A stretch of DNA of 64,000 bases, taken from positions 48,670,001 through 48,734,000 of the forward strand of contig OZ231126.1 in NCBI GenBank assembly GCA_965153355.1, written 5' to 3'. Under the pieces are notes generated by a model. It searched no databases. It had not been told where the DNA came from and saw nothing but the letters and a program-made list of their open reading frames with translations. Position numbers and translations under genes: made by a program. Positions 38,222-52,129 of this stretch are shown piece after piece. How positions within the stretch are numbered: the stretch's first letter is position 1; every line of letters starts with the position of its first letter. This DNA is from Flaccisagitta enflata (taxonomy: Eukaryota).

Positions 38222-41041
38222 GTGGGAAGAGCTTTTGTCGAACGCACATCTTGTGCTCCTTACCTCAACGTTTTGGTCCTCATTCCGGATTAAGCATTGC
38301 GTTACTGCTTCTCCCCCAAAAGGCAATCGCTACTATCATCACATTTCCCTGTAATCTTTTATTCATTTCGCCGATACAATCATCCTATTTAACATCCCTT
38401 TGTTTCGATTCTCATTTCTTTCTAGGTGAAAGACCAGGCCGTTTGCGGTTCTTGTTGGTCCTTTGGGACGACTGGGACCATCGAAGGCCGCATCTTTTTG
38501 GCGACAGGAATGCGGGTCCGGTTGTCGCAACAGTCGCTCGTCGATTGCTCGTGGGGTCAAGGCAACGACGGATGCGATGGTGGAGAGGACTTTAGGTGAG
38601 ACCGAATCTAAAACCTGGTCCACTACTTCATGTTTTGAATTTTCCTGCTGAAAATTGAGGCCATTTCTCTGTCCAGACCTGCCCTCTAAGACTTGGTTAT
38701 TGTTTGACTTAGGGCCTACAAGCACATTCAGGCGCACGGTATTCCCTTGGAGCGCGATTATGGTCGCTATCTGGGAATCAACGGCGTCTGTAAGCAGAAT
38801 TTTACCGAAAAGTATTTCCTGCAAGATTGGGTTAACATTCCCTCTGGAGATTTAGCGGCCCTCAAAGTGGCGCTTTTCGAGGAGGGCCCGATCTCCGTCG
38901 GTATCGACGCCTCACATCCAAGCTTTGCTTTCTACAATCAAGGGGTAAGCTTTGACACCGAGTTTGACTGCTTCATAGCTGCGGATTTTGGCTACCGAAA
39001 TTATCTGCCAAGAAGCATGTAGAAGCCGGGTCACAGTATCGTTGCGGACGGGTGGGCGGAGGCATCCAACCCCCATCACACACAAACATCCACAAGAAGT
39101 AACTAAAAGTAAAACGTTCCGTTTTTAGATACATCATCGCATCCTTTAAGAGGGTCTGTCCGTCCGTCCGTCTGTCCGTCGGTGCGTCCGTCGGTCCATT
39201 ACGCCTCTTCTAATATCACGCAGATGACGCATCTAGTTGCCCGATCGGGCTTGTTAATATCGTATGTATTCACACATCAAAATAAAGTGTAGCACAAAAA
39301 CAAAGAGCAAAAAGAAAATAGCAAATCGTTACAGCTAAATCAAATTTTTTCAACCAATTTGGTTGAAACTTAGTATGGAATTTCTAAATGGAAGGACTCA
39401 ACATATGATTGTAATTCATTAAGATTTTAGCATGCTCAACGGCCAAACTGGCCTACCACCTATCCAGCCAACCTCTTAAAAGTGAAAATTTTACATAACT
39501 TTGATATTTTTCAACTGATTTGGTGTAAACTTTGTATATTGTCAACACCATTTGACAATGCCGTTTGACAACGGCATTTGACAACGCCATTTGACAATGC
39601 CATTTGACAACGGCGTTTAACAACGCCATTTAACAACGCCGTTTAACAATGCCAAATCCACTCTCATAGCTATATCATCAATATGATTTTGATGGTGATT
39701 AAAACCTACTTTAGTCACTTGTTAGTCTCAACTCTGAAGGGTATATGATAGTGTTCAGCGGATTTGGTCTGTTTAAAGGAATTTAATTTGAGAATCTCGG
39801 TTGTGCGCTGACCGCCCCTATCAGCTTGATTCAGTGGCATGGTGGACTTCGACTTCAAGGTATTGCATCATCCACTTCAAGGTATGGCATCATCCACTTC
39901 AAGGTATGGCATCATCCACTTCAAGGTATGGTATCATTGACCTCAAGGTATGGCATCATCGCCTTCAAGGGTTCCTGGTTCATCATCATGGCTTTCCAGG
40001 TTTGCTATCATGGATTTTGGGTTTGTCTTCATGGACTTTGGTGTGCCACCATGGACTTTAAGGTTTGTCTTCGTAGACTAAAAGGTATGCCATCAGAGAC
40101 TTCAAGGTATGCCATCAGGGACTTCAAGGTATTTCATCAGAGACATCAAGCTAAGCCATCATAGATTTCAAGGTATGCCATCATGGTTATGCGTCGTGTA
40201 TCTTCTCTAGTCGCGTTTGCGCGACGAAAAAGCTTCAATAATTACAGTCCCATGGCCCAAGCCGTGGGACTGTAATTTTGAAACTTTTCCACTTATCAAC
40301 TTGATCATCACGGACCAATGGACTGACGGCTAGACAAAGCCTCTTATAGAGTTGCGTGTCCGCAACTGAAAACGCATTTTTGATCCTGATGTTGACGGAG
40401 GAATTAATTTTATATCCCTTTTGGCCAGGTTTACTATGAACCGAAGTGCGGAAGCTCTGAATTTGACCTAGATCATGCCGGTAGGTGAAGGACTTCGGGG
40501 AGAAAATATGTTTTCCCTGCTGGTGTGATGCGATTTGTGAACAAATTCCGGGTGTATAAAAGTTGAGCACCGCTAGAGCGCACTCTCTATCAAGGCATGC
40601 CCGCCTACAAGGCATATAACTTGCTGTCCCCTAAGAGATGTTGTTTTTTCAATGTCTGCAATAAAGCTGCTTCGCTATAAAGAATAAATTGGCCCAGTCC
40701 CTTGGAATGCGCTCTAGTAAAACTCAAATGTATTTGAGTTGTGGTGTTTGGCTCATGACATATTGGAGCGGGGGTATGGTTAAGGGTGTTGAAAAAAAGA
40801 ATAAAAACGATGCCGAATTTCCAGTTCTGAAATCTTCATTGTATTTGATCGGATTTCGTTATACCCCAATTTTTATTCAGTTTTGGCTGTGGGTTACGGC
40901 GAGCTTCACGGCGAAAAATACTGGTTAGTAAAGAACTCTTGGTCCACTTATTGGGGAAACGACGGGTACGTCCTCATGAGCCAAAAAGACAACAATTGCG
41001 GAGTAGCTACCGCCGCTACCTACGTTCTTTTGAAGAAGTGA
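37993..41041 (+). CDS. Papain-family (C1A) cysteine proteinase, 26/29-kDa proteinase / cathepsin-L-like; last five exons only
   Basis: Exons 37993-38221, 38426-38595, 38713-38944, 40429-40480, 40881-41041 with consistent phases. Motifs [34 protein letters not shown] (catalytic Cys), [31 protein letters not shown] (His), [25 protein letters not shown] (Asn). Confidence 0.95.
38426..38595 (+). CDS. Cysteine proteinase exon (catalytic Cys)
   Basis: [14 protein letters not shown]...GCDGGEDFR. Confidence 0.95.
38713..38944 (+). CDS. Cysteine proteinase exon
   Basis: [21 protein letters not shown]...[20 protein letters not shown]. Confidence 0.93.
39835..40190. repeat. 21-bp minisatellite (CATCCACTTCAAGGTATGGCAT-like)
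   Basis: CTTCAAGGTATG recurs at ~21-bp spacing. Confidence 0.8.
40429..40480 (+). CDS. Cysteine proteinase exon (catalytic His)
   Basis: [17 protein letters not shown]. Confidence 0.92.
40881..41041 (+). CDS. Cysteine proteinase terminal exon
   Basis: [26 protein letters not shown]...YVLLKK-stop. Confidence 0.95.
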
Positions 41042-41741
41042 GTTTCTCAATTCTCACGATATGGCAGACCGCTCACAACCAAAATTTCGTTTTATCTTGC
41101 TCAGTTGATTTTGTTCTCCTGCATATGTATGTTCCGTGGTTGACGACCATCGCTGTCATTATTCTTCGATACCAATTTTTCAAGTTTCCTTACCTCTCGT
41201 GTATTATGGATACAGTTAATGTATCAGTTAATGCAAACAAAATTTAAAGTTAGTTTGTTCTCTGAGGATGAGATTGTGATGAGTACAGTCCTAAGGTTCA
41301 TGAGGCGCATTGGTATCTCGGGGGGCCAATTTGAAGCTTGAGAGCAGAGTATCTAGGTGTACTCTCTTGAAAAAAAGTAAACGTACCTCAAGAAGCTTTG
41401 ATTGCTTTTTGGATATATAAACGTTATCGTCTATTCTAAAATAGCTTGAACAATCATTAAATGATTTGAAATTAAATGGTATTCCTATTTTTAAATAAAT
41501 GCATAAATGCTGATAGGCGAAATTTTGTTTCCAAGATAGTAAGTAGTCAAATTTCCTTTCCCCCCACCCTGGACCCTTTTTGGGCAGCGGCCTCAAAGGG
41601 TTGATGTCCTGTAAAGCACAAGCTGGTTGAACCCTTAAATATTCGCCTTCTACTTTATGATTTGGTCTGGATTCAGCTTTGTCAGGCCTAAGATTAGATC
41701 TTAAAGGCCTCGAAATCATCTCTCACAGCCATAAGCGTATG

Positions 41742-42068
41742 CAGGGTGGCAGAAAATTCTATAGGTCCAAGGCACAAATTTTTGCAGCGCTATAAGTCCG
41801 ACTCTTAAAGATCAATAATTATTATGAAAACATGAAATTACTAGTTTTCTGCATTTTTCTTTTCAATTCATGGAAACTAAGAGTTCCCACAACAAAAGTA
41901 AAAGTGATCAAAACTAATACCCTATTTATCCTTTTGATTTTTCCATTTTCCGCTTACTTTTGTCTTCTTTTCCCCAATTTTTTTCCATTATCAAATCTAT
42001 AAGTCCGACTTTTGTGCTATAGTTCCGAGGCACATTGTGCCAGTTGTGCCCCTATTTCTGCCACCCTG
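41742..42068. mobile_element. hAT-type MITE
   Basis: TIR CAGGGTGGCAGAAA with 8-bp TSD AGCGTATG. Confidence 0.9.
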
Positions 42069-43392
42069 AGCGTATGGCGTGGAAACCGAAAGGGCTGTCG
42101 GCAACCAGTTTTAAGTCCATCAGAGCTTCAAGCCCAACAGGTTTTGTTACTTATTCATTCTTTTCTAAACACAGCGTCACCATACATAGACAAAGACAGC
42201 TTTGAGTGCCCTGAGCCGCGACTGATGCAGAAGTGTCATATACCACTTGGGGAACGCCAATCACCCGCTGGGAATTTTTTTCGAAGGCAAAAAAATGATT
42301 TTTCCTTGTTAGTATGCAACTCCTCTTTTGATAAGATGTTGGCTTAATTCACTTGCCTTTTTTCAGAATGAAACTCAATTTGTTCAGCAACCCCTTGACC
42401 GATTTAGTTGAAATTTTACATGAATAAACGTCTTAAAAAATGCTGTCAAACAAGTCCAATCCCAGAATTGGGGCTTTACTAGAAGATGATTTATGATTTT
42501 CTAAAGATATAAAAAATGTAACGATTTAAGCTAGAAGCTTTTGTATTCATTCTTCTCATCAAAGTGATATTAAAAGAAAATTTGCTTTAGATAACATGAA
42601 TTGAATAAACACAGCTACCAAATTCATGTGGGTGGGCAGGGGCAGTGATAAGAAAGGCTAACCCAAGCATTTGGGCCGGAGCAGTAACACAAGAACCGCC
42701 CAAAAGGCCAAAAAAGCTAACACAGACTTACAGACCAACGGACCAACTGACCTCTCACGCATGCAATAAGGCTGGATACACGGTTACCCTAGTTGTGTCC
42801 AGGTGGGCAGGTGCAGTGCTGGAGAAGGTCACTAGAGCATCTGGGCAGGAGCTGTATGCTCAAAAAACTCAAAAACGATGAAAAAGTAAAAAGGGGACCA
42901 ACCGACCAACCGACCGATGAACTGACATAGCGGGGTGTAGAGTTGTGTAGCACGCGACTGAAAATTGTATTTGTCAGCTTTGAAGTATGCTTTTAACTGC
43001 TTTCCCACGTATCATTTGAGTTTAGTTCCTATTGAGTTGTTTTTAAGGCTAAGTGCTAAGATAAGAAAAAATCTATTACATTACATACTGATATACTTAG
43101 TTCTTTTAAGAACATTCTTACCAAGGCAAGGATTGCTGGAACTGGTCATAAAGCGCATTTCAATTTGATTTTGGGCAATACAGCTTGTTTATTCTACTCA
43201 AATTTTCTGACATCGATCACACAAGTCTAGCACAGCCCCACGCGCACACACATGCACAAACACTGTCACACACAAGGACATGACATTGAACACACATACA
43301 TATGTAAACACAGGCACACACACACACACTCTCAGATATAAAAATGCGACGAAAAGTCAAAGGCAAAGGGGGGGGGTGAACATTACCGCTAC

Positions 43393-43870
43393 TTGACTGC
43401 TTTCAAAGCATTTGATGCAGTAGTCACTTTCTGTTTCGGTTATGGACTGGATCCTTGCTATATGACCTACTTGAAAGATTCTGAGAACGCCTGGTTTAAT
43501 TTGAACATGATTCCAAAATTACATATCTTGCTCAAACATTTACCGGAGGAATTGCAGCAAACAGGTGAACATGCAGAAAATCCTTGCAAGAAACATGTTT
43601 TTTTTGGTTCAATAATGAACATCCTAATATGATGCACCATCCATTGGTTAGACTGTCGGTCTTGCCAGATGCGCCAACTAAGCCAGTGAGTCTAGCCTTG
43701 ATCCTACAAATATGAATTATATAGGGTGACAAACATGGTCTCCACTATATGCCTTGATGCCTGTTTGAGGTGTGATTTTGGAGGAGATGGTGGATGAAAG
43801 TCTTCACGCAGACTTTGATAAACATTATCAAGGTTTCATCATCAAAGATTTGGATGCGTCATCATACCGG
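43393..43870 (+). pseudogene. Degenerate Chapaev/Transib/RAG1-type DDE transposase C-terminal fragments
   Basis: 43393-43565 reads AFKAFDAVVTFCFGYGLDPCY...MIPKLHILLKHLPEELQQTG (HxxxxH zinc motif). 43769-43870, in another frame, reads GVILEEMVDESLHADFDKHYQGFIIKD (catalytic-Glu region). Confidence 0.75.
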
Positions 43871-43984
43871 TGTGTGTGTCCATCTGCTGTGTGTATGTGT
43901 GTGTTTGTGTGTGTGTGTGTGTGTTTTACTAATTGTGTTTTCTGATCTAGTACTGTAAAAAGGTATATTTTCCCCAAATTTCCT

Positions 43985-45100
43985 TTTTGGCCGATGTCCT
44001 GTAGGACACAGGGTTGAATTTCCAGACATCCGTACGTACGTCCGTACGTACGTCCCCCCCCCCGAGGCCCCTCTCAGGCCTCAATCAGCACTCTCAGACC
44101 CCAAATCAGTCCTCTCAGGCCCCAAGTCAGCCCTCTCAGACCCAAAATCACCCCTCTCAGACCCAAAATCAGCCCTTTTAGATCCAAAATTAGCTCACTC
44201 AAGCCCAAAATCAGTCCACTAAGGTACTACATCAGCCTTATCAGGCCCAAAATCAACTATTTCAAGCCTAAAATCAGACCTCTCAAACCTAAAATTGGTC
44301 TCAAATCAGCCCTCAAAATGACCCTCTCAGGTTCAAATCTGCTCTCATCCCTGATCTCATTACTGTTCTCCAATCAATCAACTCAGTCCTTAAATGTGCT
44401 TTCTCAGGACGTCTGGAAATTCACCCGTGTCCTACAGGACATCGGCCCTTTGGGGCCGCTGCCCTGCTCCCACTCAGCTTCTTCAGCTAATCACTCCAAG
44501 CAGGGCATCGGGTACCGCTGACCATGTGCGATCCTTGGATGACTAGTTTTCTCTTTTTTGGGCAGCGGCCCCAAAGGGGGAACACAGGGGACTTTCGTTT
44601 GTCCCTTCGTCCGTTCGTTTGTGCGTTTAAGCGTCCCCCCCCAGGCCCTATCAGGCCTGAAATCTGGCCTCTTAAGCCTGAAATCTGTCCTCTCACGGCT
44701 GAAATCTGCCCTCTCAGGCCTGAAATCTGCCCTTGCAGGCCTTGAATCTGCCCTCTCAGACCTGAAATCTGTCTTCTCAGGTCTGAAATCCGCCCTCTCA
44801 GGTCTGAAATCCACCTTTTCAGGCCCTCTCAGGCCTTACGTCTACCCTCTCAGCCTGAGAGGGCAGATGTCAGGCCTGAGAGGGTAGATTTCAGGCCTGA
44901 GAGGGCAGATTTCAGGCCTGAGAAGGCCTGGGGGAGACAGATGGACAAACAAATGAATGGATGAACGAAAGTCCCCCTGTGTTCTACAGGACTTTGTCCC
45001 CTTAAGGGCCGCTGCCCTGCTTCCCCTCACTCCAATTCACAATCAGGCAAAGCAGGGCAACGGGTATTGCTGACCACATATTGCCCTTGGGCGACCTGTT
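43985..45100 (+). mobile_element. Two head-to-tail HINE-like family A elements (43985-44548, 44556-45100) inside the Chapaev-like element
   Basis: Each has subTIRs, 21-bp repeats and an end at GATGACTAGTT or GCGACCTGTT. Confidence 0.75.
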
Positions 45101-45284
45101 CCCCCTTTGATTTACTTCCCCATCTCCAAACCCTTTGATTTTCCCCCCCCCCCCCATGGGGTGGAACTCAATATTATACAGACCTGGAAAAATTCCAAAT
45201 TTATGAAATGTTTGCCGAATCATATTATGATCAAGCCTGGGCATATGGCCGGGTCAGCATTGCATGTGTGTATGTCTATTTGCT

Positions 45285-45338
<54 letters not shown>

Positions 45339-48300
45339 CACAAAACAGGGTCCGACAAATTTTTTTGCTGCCTACAAGCAATGTTCTCTATCCGATTACT
45401 GCTAAAAAATTTATACGTGTTTTTTTTGTTGTAAAAAAGGAAACTATCAAAAACAAATACTCTCAGGTGAATTTTTTTATCAGGGGGAAGTGGAAAGGAA
45501 AAAATGGAAAATATACCATTTTTTCTGTTTGGGCAGGTAAACCAACTTTCTGGCTGCATGTTTTGCGGGTCTGTTGACCTTAATGGGCTGGGGTTGGGCT
45601 GGGGCAGGGGTGCAAACCCCTAGAGGCAATTTTTTTGCAAAAAATAGATGGGCTCATTTCATTCCAAATTTTCTGAAACGTCTAGATATCAAATCTTCAA
45701 AAAATAATTTTTTTTGGAACAAATCGTCAAAATTTTTTTATAAATTCCAGGTTCAATGGGGTGGGGTGGGGTGGTGAAGATGTAACAAAATCGACCAAAA
45801 AAGTATAGCTCATTTGATTCTAAATTGTATAAAACGTCTAAATTCCATAGTGTAAAAACAACTTTTTTTTTATGGAATTTGACAATTTTTTTTCTTAGTC
45901 TGGAGTTTCTGTCTAATGTCTTAATGTCAGAAACTCCTGATATTCACTCTAAGGCTTATATTCTACTGGTTTTGTCACATGGAATGGCCATTATGGCAAA
46001 GGTGGGAAAATTCATGGATGAGGAAGGTATATTACAAGTCAGAGCTTGATTCTTTTGTACAGTAGGGTAAATATGGGGGTGAGACAAATGTGTGACAATT
46101 ATTTGCTCAAGCGTCTTAATGTCAGAAACTCCTGCAACTGCGTAAACAAAGTCAGAAAAGGAACCTAACTATGTCCAATTATTTTCAGGTGCCTTATGCG
46201 CCCTCACACTACACGATCAAAAAGATTGAAGCAATTTTTAAATGCCGTGTGAATGTATTGGGCATTGATTTGCGCACTTGTCAGGTGTCATAGAAATTTT
46301 GTATTTTTTGGTCAAGACGCAGACAGTTAGAAGTCGCTGTAATAGTTGTTTTGATAGAAACAGTTACAGGTTTTTTGCTAGTGTTACTCAAAAAAAACTT
46401 ATAGGGTAGAATGGGGGCTGAAACTTGATATGTCATGGTGTACAGGAACGGGGAATTTAGGTTTCATTTCACTTTTTGCTTGTGATATGGATTTAGGATC
46501 AAATATTATTAAGATTTCAATCGAGTATTTTTGATATAATCTATAAAGTGTTTTACAAATGTTTTTAAACCCAGAACACTGACTATTGTTGCATGACGAT
46601 CAGGAATAAAAATTAAATATATGAATTCCTTAGAAAAATGATGAACAAAATTTCAAAACGTTGTTAGGTGAAATTATATCATGACCTCAGAAAAGAAAAT
46701 TTTGCATTTCTAAGAACATGGCCCTTTTCTTAGATGTTTTTTAAAAAAGGCCATGTGTTTGGAAATGCAAATTTGTTTATTTCTATGCAATGATATAATT
46801 TCACCTAACAGGAGTGAGATGACAAAGATTAATTTTCTATAAAAAATCTTCTTTTTTCCACCTTTTTTCAATATATTATGTACCTCAAATCTGTATGTCC
46901 GATATTATCTATGCAAAAATTTATTGTTCAACATTAAAAAAATATGTTTTCAATAAAAAAAAATAAAAATAGATAATATAGAAAATATCTAAAAAATTGT
47001 GATGACGCATGAAATTTCTTCTTCCCGTACACTGCGTCATAAGTATTCCATCATTATCGATAAATATTAGACAAATTTGCCTTATCACGCTAAAATCACG
47101 CCTTTTTCGACCAATTTTAAGCATGAATTGAAGGGCAAGATGAGGAAAATTTCATGGAATAGTGCCACATGTGTCCCGGAAATTACCAATAAGATCGTGT
47201 TTTATCATTTTGAACAAAAATATAGCCTCTTGGTACTTACAGCACTGCCTATTTTGTAGTAACAATACCTTAAAAGCTACTTCCGCCTGATTAAAAAAAT
47301 CACCCTCAATATTTTTTAAGCAAATAGACTATCCTGACTTTTTAGTCATGGACACGCAACTTTACACCTTGCCATGTCAGTCCGTAGGTAGATAGGTCGG
47401 TCAGTCCAACCGCCCGTCACATTTTTGAATTCCAAGCTTTTTTTGCATTACTGCTCCTGCCCAACTGTCCGCAACTGGATTGCCATGTTTGGTTTTATGC
47501 CTCTTCTTTGCACCTTTTTTTTTTCCATTACTTTTTCATTTTCATTCCTCTTAACCCTTCTTTTTCCCTCTCTCTTCTGCCTACAAAGTGGCTAGCTGCC
47601 TTGGAGCAATGCTCCTGTGCTACCGCACTTGGTCGTACCTTGATTATCACATATATATGTGTGTTCAATGTCATGTCCATATGTGTGTGTGTGAGTGTTA
47701 GTGCATGTGTGTGTGCCTGGGCCTGTGCAAGACTTGTGTGATCGATGTCAGAAAATTTGAGAAGTTGAAACAAGCTGTATTGCCCAAAATCAAATTGAGA
47801 TGCGTTTTATGACCAGTTCCAGCAATCCTTGCTTTGGTAAGAATATTCTCCAAGGAACTAAGTATATCAGCATGTAACATACAGTGGAACCCCGCAATAA
47901 CAGCCTCGCTTTTAAAGGTTCCCCATTGATAAAGGTCAACATTTTAAAATCCCAAATGATATTTTTTAATGTGATTTCACCTCTCTTAAGTGGTTATCCT
48001 GAGATAAAGGTGATAAATCTTCAGTCCCAATGGGACTGATGAGGCGGGGTCTTACTGTAATAGATTTTTTCTCATCTTAGCAGCTTTCTCATCTTTGTTG
48101 TTTTTGAGCTTTTTGAGCATACAGCTCCTGCCCAGATGCCCTAGTGACCTTCTCCAGCACTGCTCTTGCCCACCTGCACTCAATTAGGGTAGCCCTGTAT
48201 CCAGCCTTGTTAGTTGCATGCGTGAGAGGTCAGTTGGTCCGTCAGTCTGTAGGTCTGTGTTAGCTTTTTTGGCGTTCTTGCATTTTGAGCGGTTTTTGTG

Positions 48301-49386
48301 TTACTGCTCCTGCCCAAATGCTTGGATTAGCCTTTCTTATCACTGCCCCGGCCCACCCGCATGTGACATTGGTAGCTGTGTATATGACCTTGTGTTTCAT
48401 ATCTATGTTATCTAAAACAAATTTTCTTTTAATATCACTTTGATGAGAAGAATAAATACAAAAGCTTCTTGCTTAAACCGTTACATTTTTTAAATCTTTA
48501 GAAAATCATAAATCATCTTCTAGTAAAGCCACAATGCTGGGATTGGACTCGTTTGACAGCATTTTTTAAGAAGTTTATTCATGTAAAATTTCAACTTAAT
48601 CGGTCTAGGGGTTGCTGAACAAATTGAGTTTCATTCTGAAAAAAGGCAATTGAATTAAACCAACATCCTATCAAAAGAGGAGTTGCATATTAACAAGGAA
48701 AAATCTCTTTTTTGCCTTCGAAAAAATTTCCCAGCGGGTGATTGGTGTTCCCCAAGTGGTATAAGACACTTCTGCATCAGTCGCGGCTCAGGGCACTCAA
48801 AGCTGTCTTTTTCTATGTATGGTGACGCTGTGTAAACTTAAATTACATTCGCATGGAACAACTGCGTCCTTATTTTTTAAGAAAAACGCACATTTTCTAT
48901 CAATCTTCCCCTATGTATGCACTTTCTCCTGTTTTTCTTTTTCTCTCATTCTGTTTTTTTCTTTTTTGCCATTTTTTTTTACATGGGCGTAAGTCCGATA
49001 GGGGTGTAAGTTCGACAAAAAGGGACGTCCCTCCCCGAACACCCACGCTCACAGCCCTGAGATCAGCTCTCTCAGCCCCATACTCTGAATTTTTGTCTAA
49101 AACACTAAAACTACGCGCTCTCCAACCGGAAATCATTAGAGATCTGAAATCAGTTTTCACAGCCTTGAGATCAGCTCTCATGCCTGAGGCCTAAGTAAAT
49201 ACCTCTGACTCACTGAGGCCTAAAATCATCACTCTTGAGACAAAATTAGGCCCTCTTCAGGTTCCCCTTCCTCTTCTCTGTACATCAACATCAAGAACGA
49301 GAAGTTCACCAGCTCACTGTCCTTATACGGTTGTTGCTCTACTCTCACTCCATTACTTTGAAACGGCTATTAATCATGGCAATGGG

Positions 49387-50276
49387 CAGGCCTTTTTTTA
49401 GAGCGAACCCGCGAGCCCGTGGCTCTCTATTTTGCTGTCGGGCTCTCTGGTTTCACTGGCTCTGAGCCCGGCTGGCTCTCTCAAAATTGAAATCATGTTT
49501 TGTGCTCAAATGGATTGGAAGATTCTCGTAAGATCATAAGAAGAAAACCCAATTCACAAGTTAAGAGTGACTAAAATGAATTTCTACCATAGTCACCTTG
49601 TCAAATGTAAATTGATCAACAAGTAAAGCATCTCATTTTTTCATGTAAATGCGTATTATATTGATGGTAGAAAAAGTTGGCTTGTGATGGTTTTAGCTTT
49701 CTTTAAAACCGATTTATTTCTTTTATGAGAGAGCTGAAAAATTACCATTGAAAGATGACAGTGTCATGAGGCTCACACATTTTTACAAAAAGGGGCAAAA
49801 TGTTCAGTTTTTCAAGTCGTTTGCACGCTACTCTATAACTCACAATTCTGTTCATCTGTTTGTCTCGTCTGTTGGTCCATTCATTGATAAGTCCATCTGT
49901 TGCTCTATTGGTCGGTGACACTGTTTTTTTGGCATTTACAAGTGATTTTAATGTCGCTTCTCCTGCCCAATTTTCTAGAAAATTTCCTCACTACCCTCCT
50001 GCCCACAAACAATTCAAGTAGCCTTCCATTCAGCATTGTTTTTAGTTGCGGACACGCAACTCTATAAGAAGCTTTATCCGTCCGTCGGTTGGTCCGTTAG
50101 TGAGCACGAGTTGAAAAGTGGGAAAACGCGCATTTCTGCCCCTGCCCACCCATCCGCAACTGATGGCCGTGTATCCGGCCTTGTTTTGCCGGGCTCGCTG
50201 TTTTGCTGTCGGGCTCTGTAAATTTGTGAGGAGAGAGCCCGGTTGGCTCTGCCAAAAAAATAAAAAAAAAGGCCTG
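49387..50276. mobile_element. hAT-type MITE inserted in a HINE end and itself containing HINEs
   Basis: CAGGCCTTTTTTT...AAAAAAAGGCCTG with 8-bp TSD GCAATGGG. Confidence 0.85.
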
Positions 50277-51949
50277 GCAATGGGTGCTGCTGATTAAATG
50301 TGATCCTTGGATGACTAGTTTTTACATGCGCCAACGCACGTCAATAAGAGGCTCTGTCCGTCCATTGGTTGGTCGGTTACGCATTCGCTTGACAATCTAC
50401 TCGGCGCACGTATTGGCCTACTAGGCCTTGTTTCCCACTATGTATGAATTTCATTTTTTCACGCTCATGTTTTTCCACCTAAATGTAGACCATATATTAT
50501 GTTTTTTTTTTCCATTTTTTGACTCAAATCTACCCTCAGGACTTCTGATCAGCCCTCCAGCCTTCAAATCAGCCCTCCAAACCTCAAATCAACCCTCCCG
50601 ACCTCAAATCAAGGCCTAAAATCTGCTCTTGAGGCCGCAAATCTGCCCCCAACCTTACATTCCGCCTTATATGACCAAAATCAGTCATCTGATGACTGTG
50701 ATACAACCCCTCATGTTGTCGGGGAGCATACCCTGATATCCTACAGGACATTGCTGCTTTGGGCCTGCTGCCCCACTCCATAAACGTATGGCGCTGAATC
50801 TCAAAGGGCTTTAGGCTACCAGTTTCAAGTCCGACAGAGCCTCAAGCCCAACAGGGTTTATCATTTATCTAGTTTGCTTCCATCTTATATTTCATTCTTT
50901 TAATGGAAGTGACAGCTTATTTGAAAAGAAACCTTACTCTCTAATTCCTCCCCTAATTAAGCTTTTTTTCTTCTCTTGAAATGCTTTTTCTTTTTTTTTT
51001 CTTTTAGAGTTAGAGAGGGGTAAGTCTAACAAACGGACGTTGGACGACGTCCTTTGCATCCCTTCTCCTACACCAATGCCCCGCTCTCATTCTCTTTATT
51101 TGATCACTTCGAGCGGGGCAGGGGACCATGTGCTATCCTTGGGGGGCATTTTTAGTGAGACTAGTATGTCTTAAAGAAAAATTCCGCTTAGCTTCTATTT
51201 AAGCTGACTCGTCTCTAGCCCTAATGCTGGCTCTATGACCAACCCCAAGCCCATCGGCAACCCCATCCCTAGCCCTAGCTCTCAATTTGCTTAAAAATAC
51301 TTAAAAACAAAAAGACCGCATAGCCTTAATGAAGAATATTTTTCTCTTCCGTGTAACGTAATGAAAAAAAAAACAAAGGGTACAGCAAACTGATGCAGTA
51401 GGCATGAGACGAGACGATAGTGAATGTTTAGAAATCAAACCCTATTGGGAAGCTCCATGTGTCATCCGCGTGATTTAGGAAAAGGCGTGATGGATGGACG
51501 GACCCCCGGACAGCTTGACAGATATTCTTGAATAACAAGGCCGTATACACAGCTACCCAAATCGCGTGCGGGTGGCCAGGGGCCATATTTGAGTTCACTG
51601 GACTATTTTGGCTCTGGGCAGGAGCAATGTGGTAAAAAATAAAGAGTAAAACATGACCGACGGACGGGCGGGCGGACGGACGAAGCGGGGTGTGAAGTCG
51701 CGTAGCACGCGACTAAGAATGTGTTGACGTATCTTAAACACAAAACATAAATGGAACTGCAAATAACGAGTACAATTAGCTCCCGATTAGGCAAGTATGC
51801 GTGTAAATGTGCCTGGCAAGCATGAGTAAGTTTTCTGATAGCACTGGATTCTCTTCCTGGGGTCATCTAAAGGCCAAGCTAGGCAACTTGATGATTTGTT
51901 TAATTGAGTTATGTACAAGAAAGAAAAAGAGAGAGAAAGAAAAGAAGAA

Positions 51950-52076
<127 letters not shown>

Positions 52077-52129
52077 ATATTGAAAGGAAAAGTTTTAGAA
52101 ATGGTATCAATAACCCTCTCAAAATAATA

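Larger units (their letters stand above)
42170..48832 (+). mobile_element. Defective Chapaev-like DNA transposon with ~1.1-kb TIRs and RSS-like termini
   Basis: TAAA|CACAGCGTCACCATACATAG ... CTATGTATGGTGACGCTGTG|TAAA. Arms 42170-~43330 and ~47650-48832 are reverse complements. A transposase relic lies inside. Confidence 0.85.

Noticed and set aside
42170-48832. Bona fide RAG1L-RAG2L (ProtoRAG) transposon
   Set aside because: 4-bp rather than 5-bp TSD, symmetric ends, no RAG2-like sequence, and peptide motifs closer to Chapaev.
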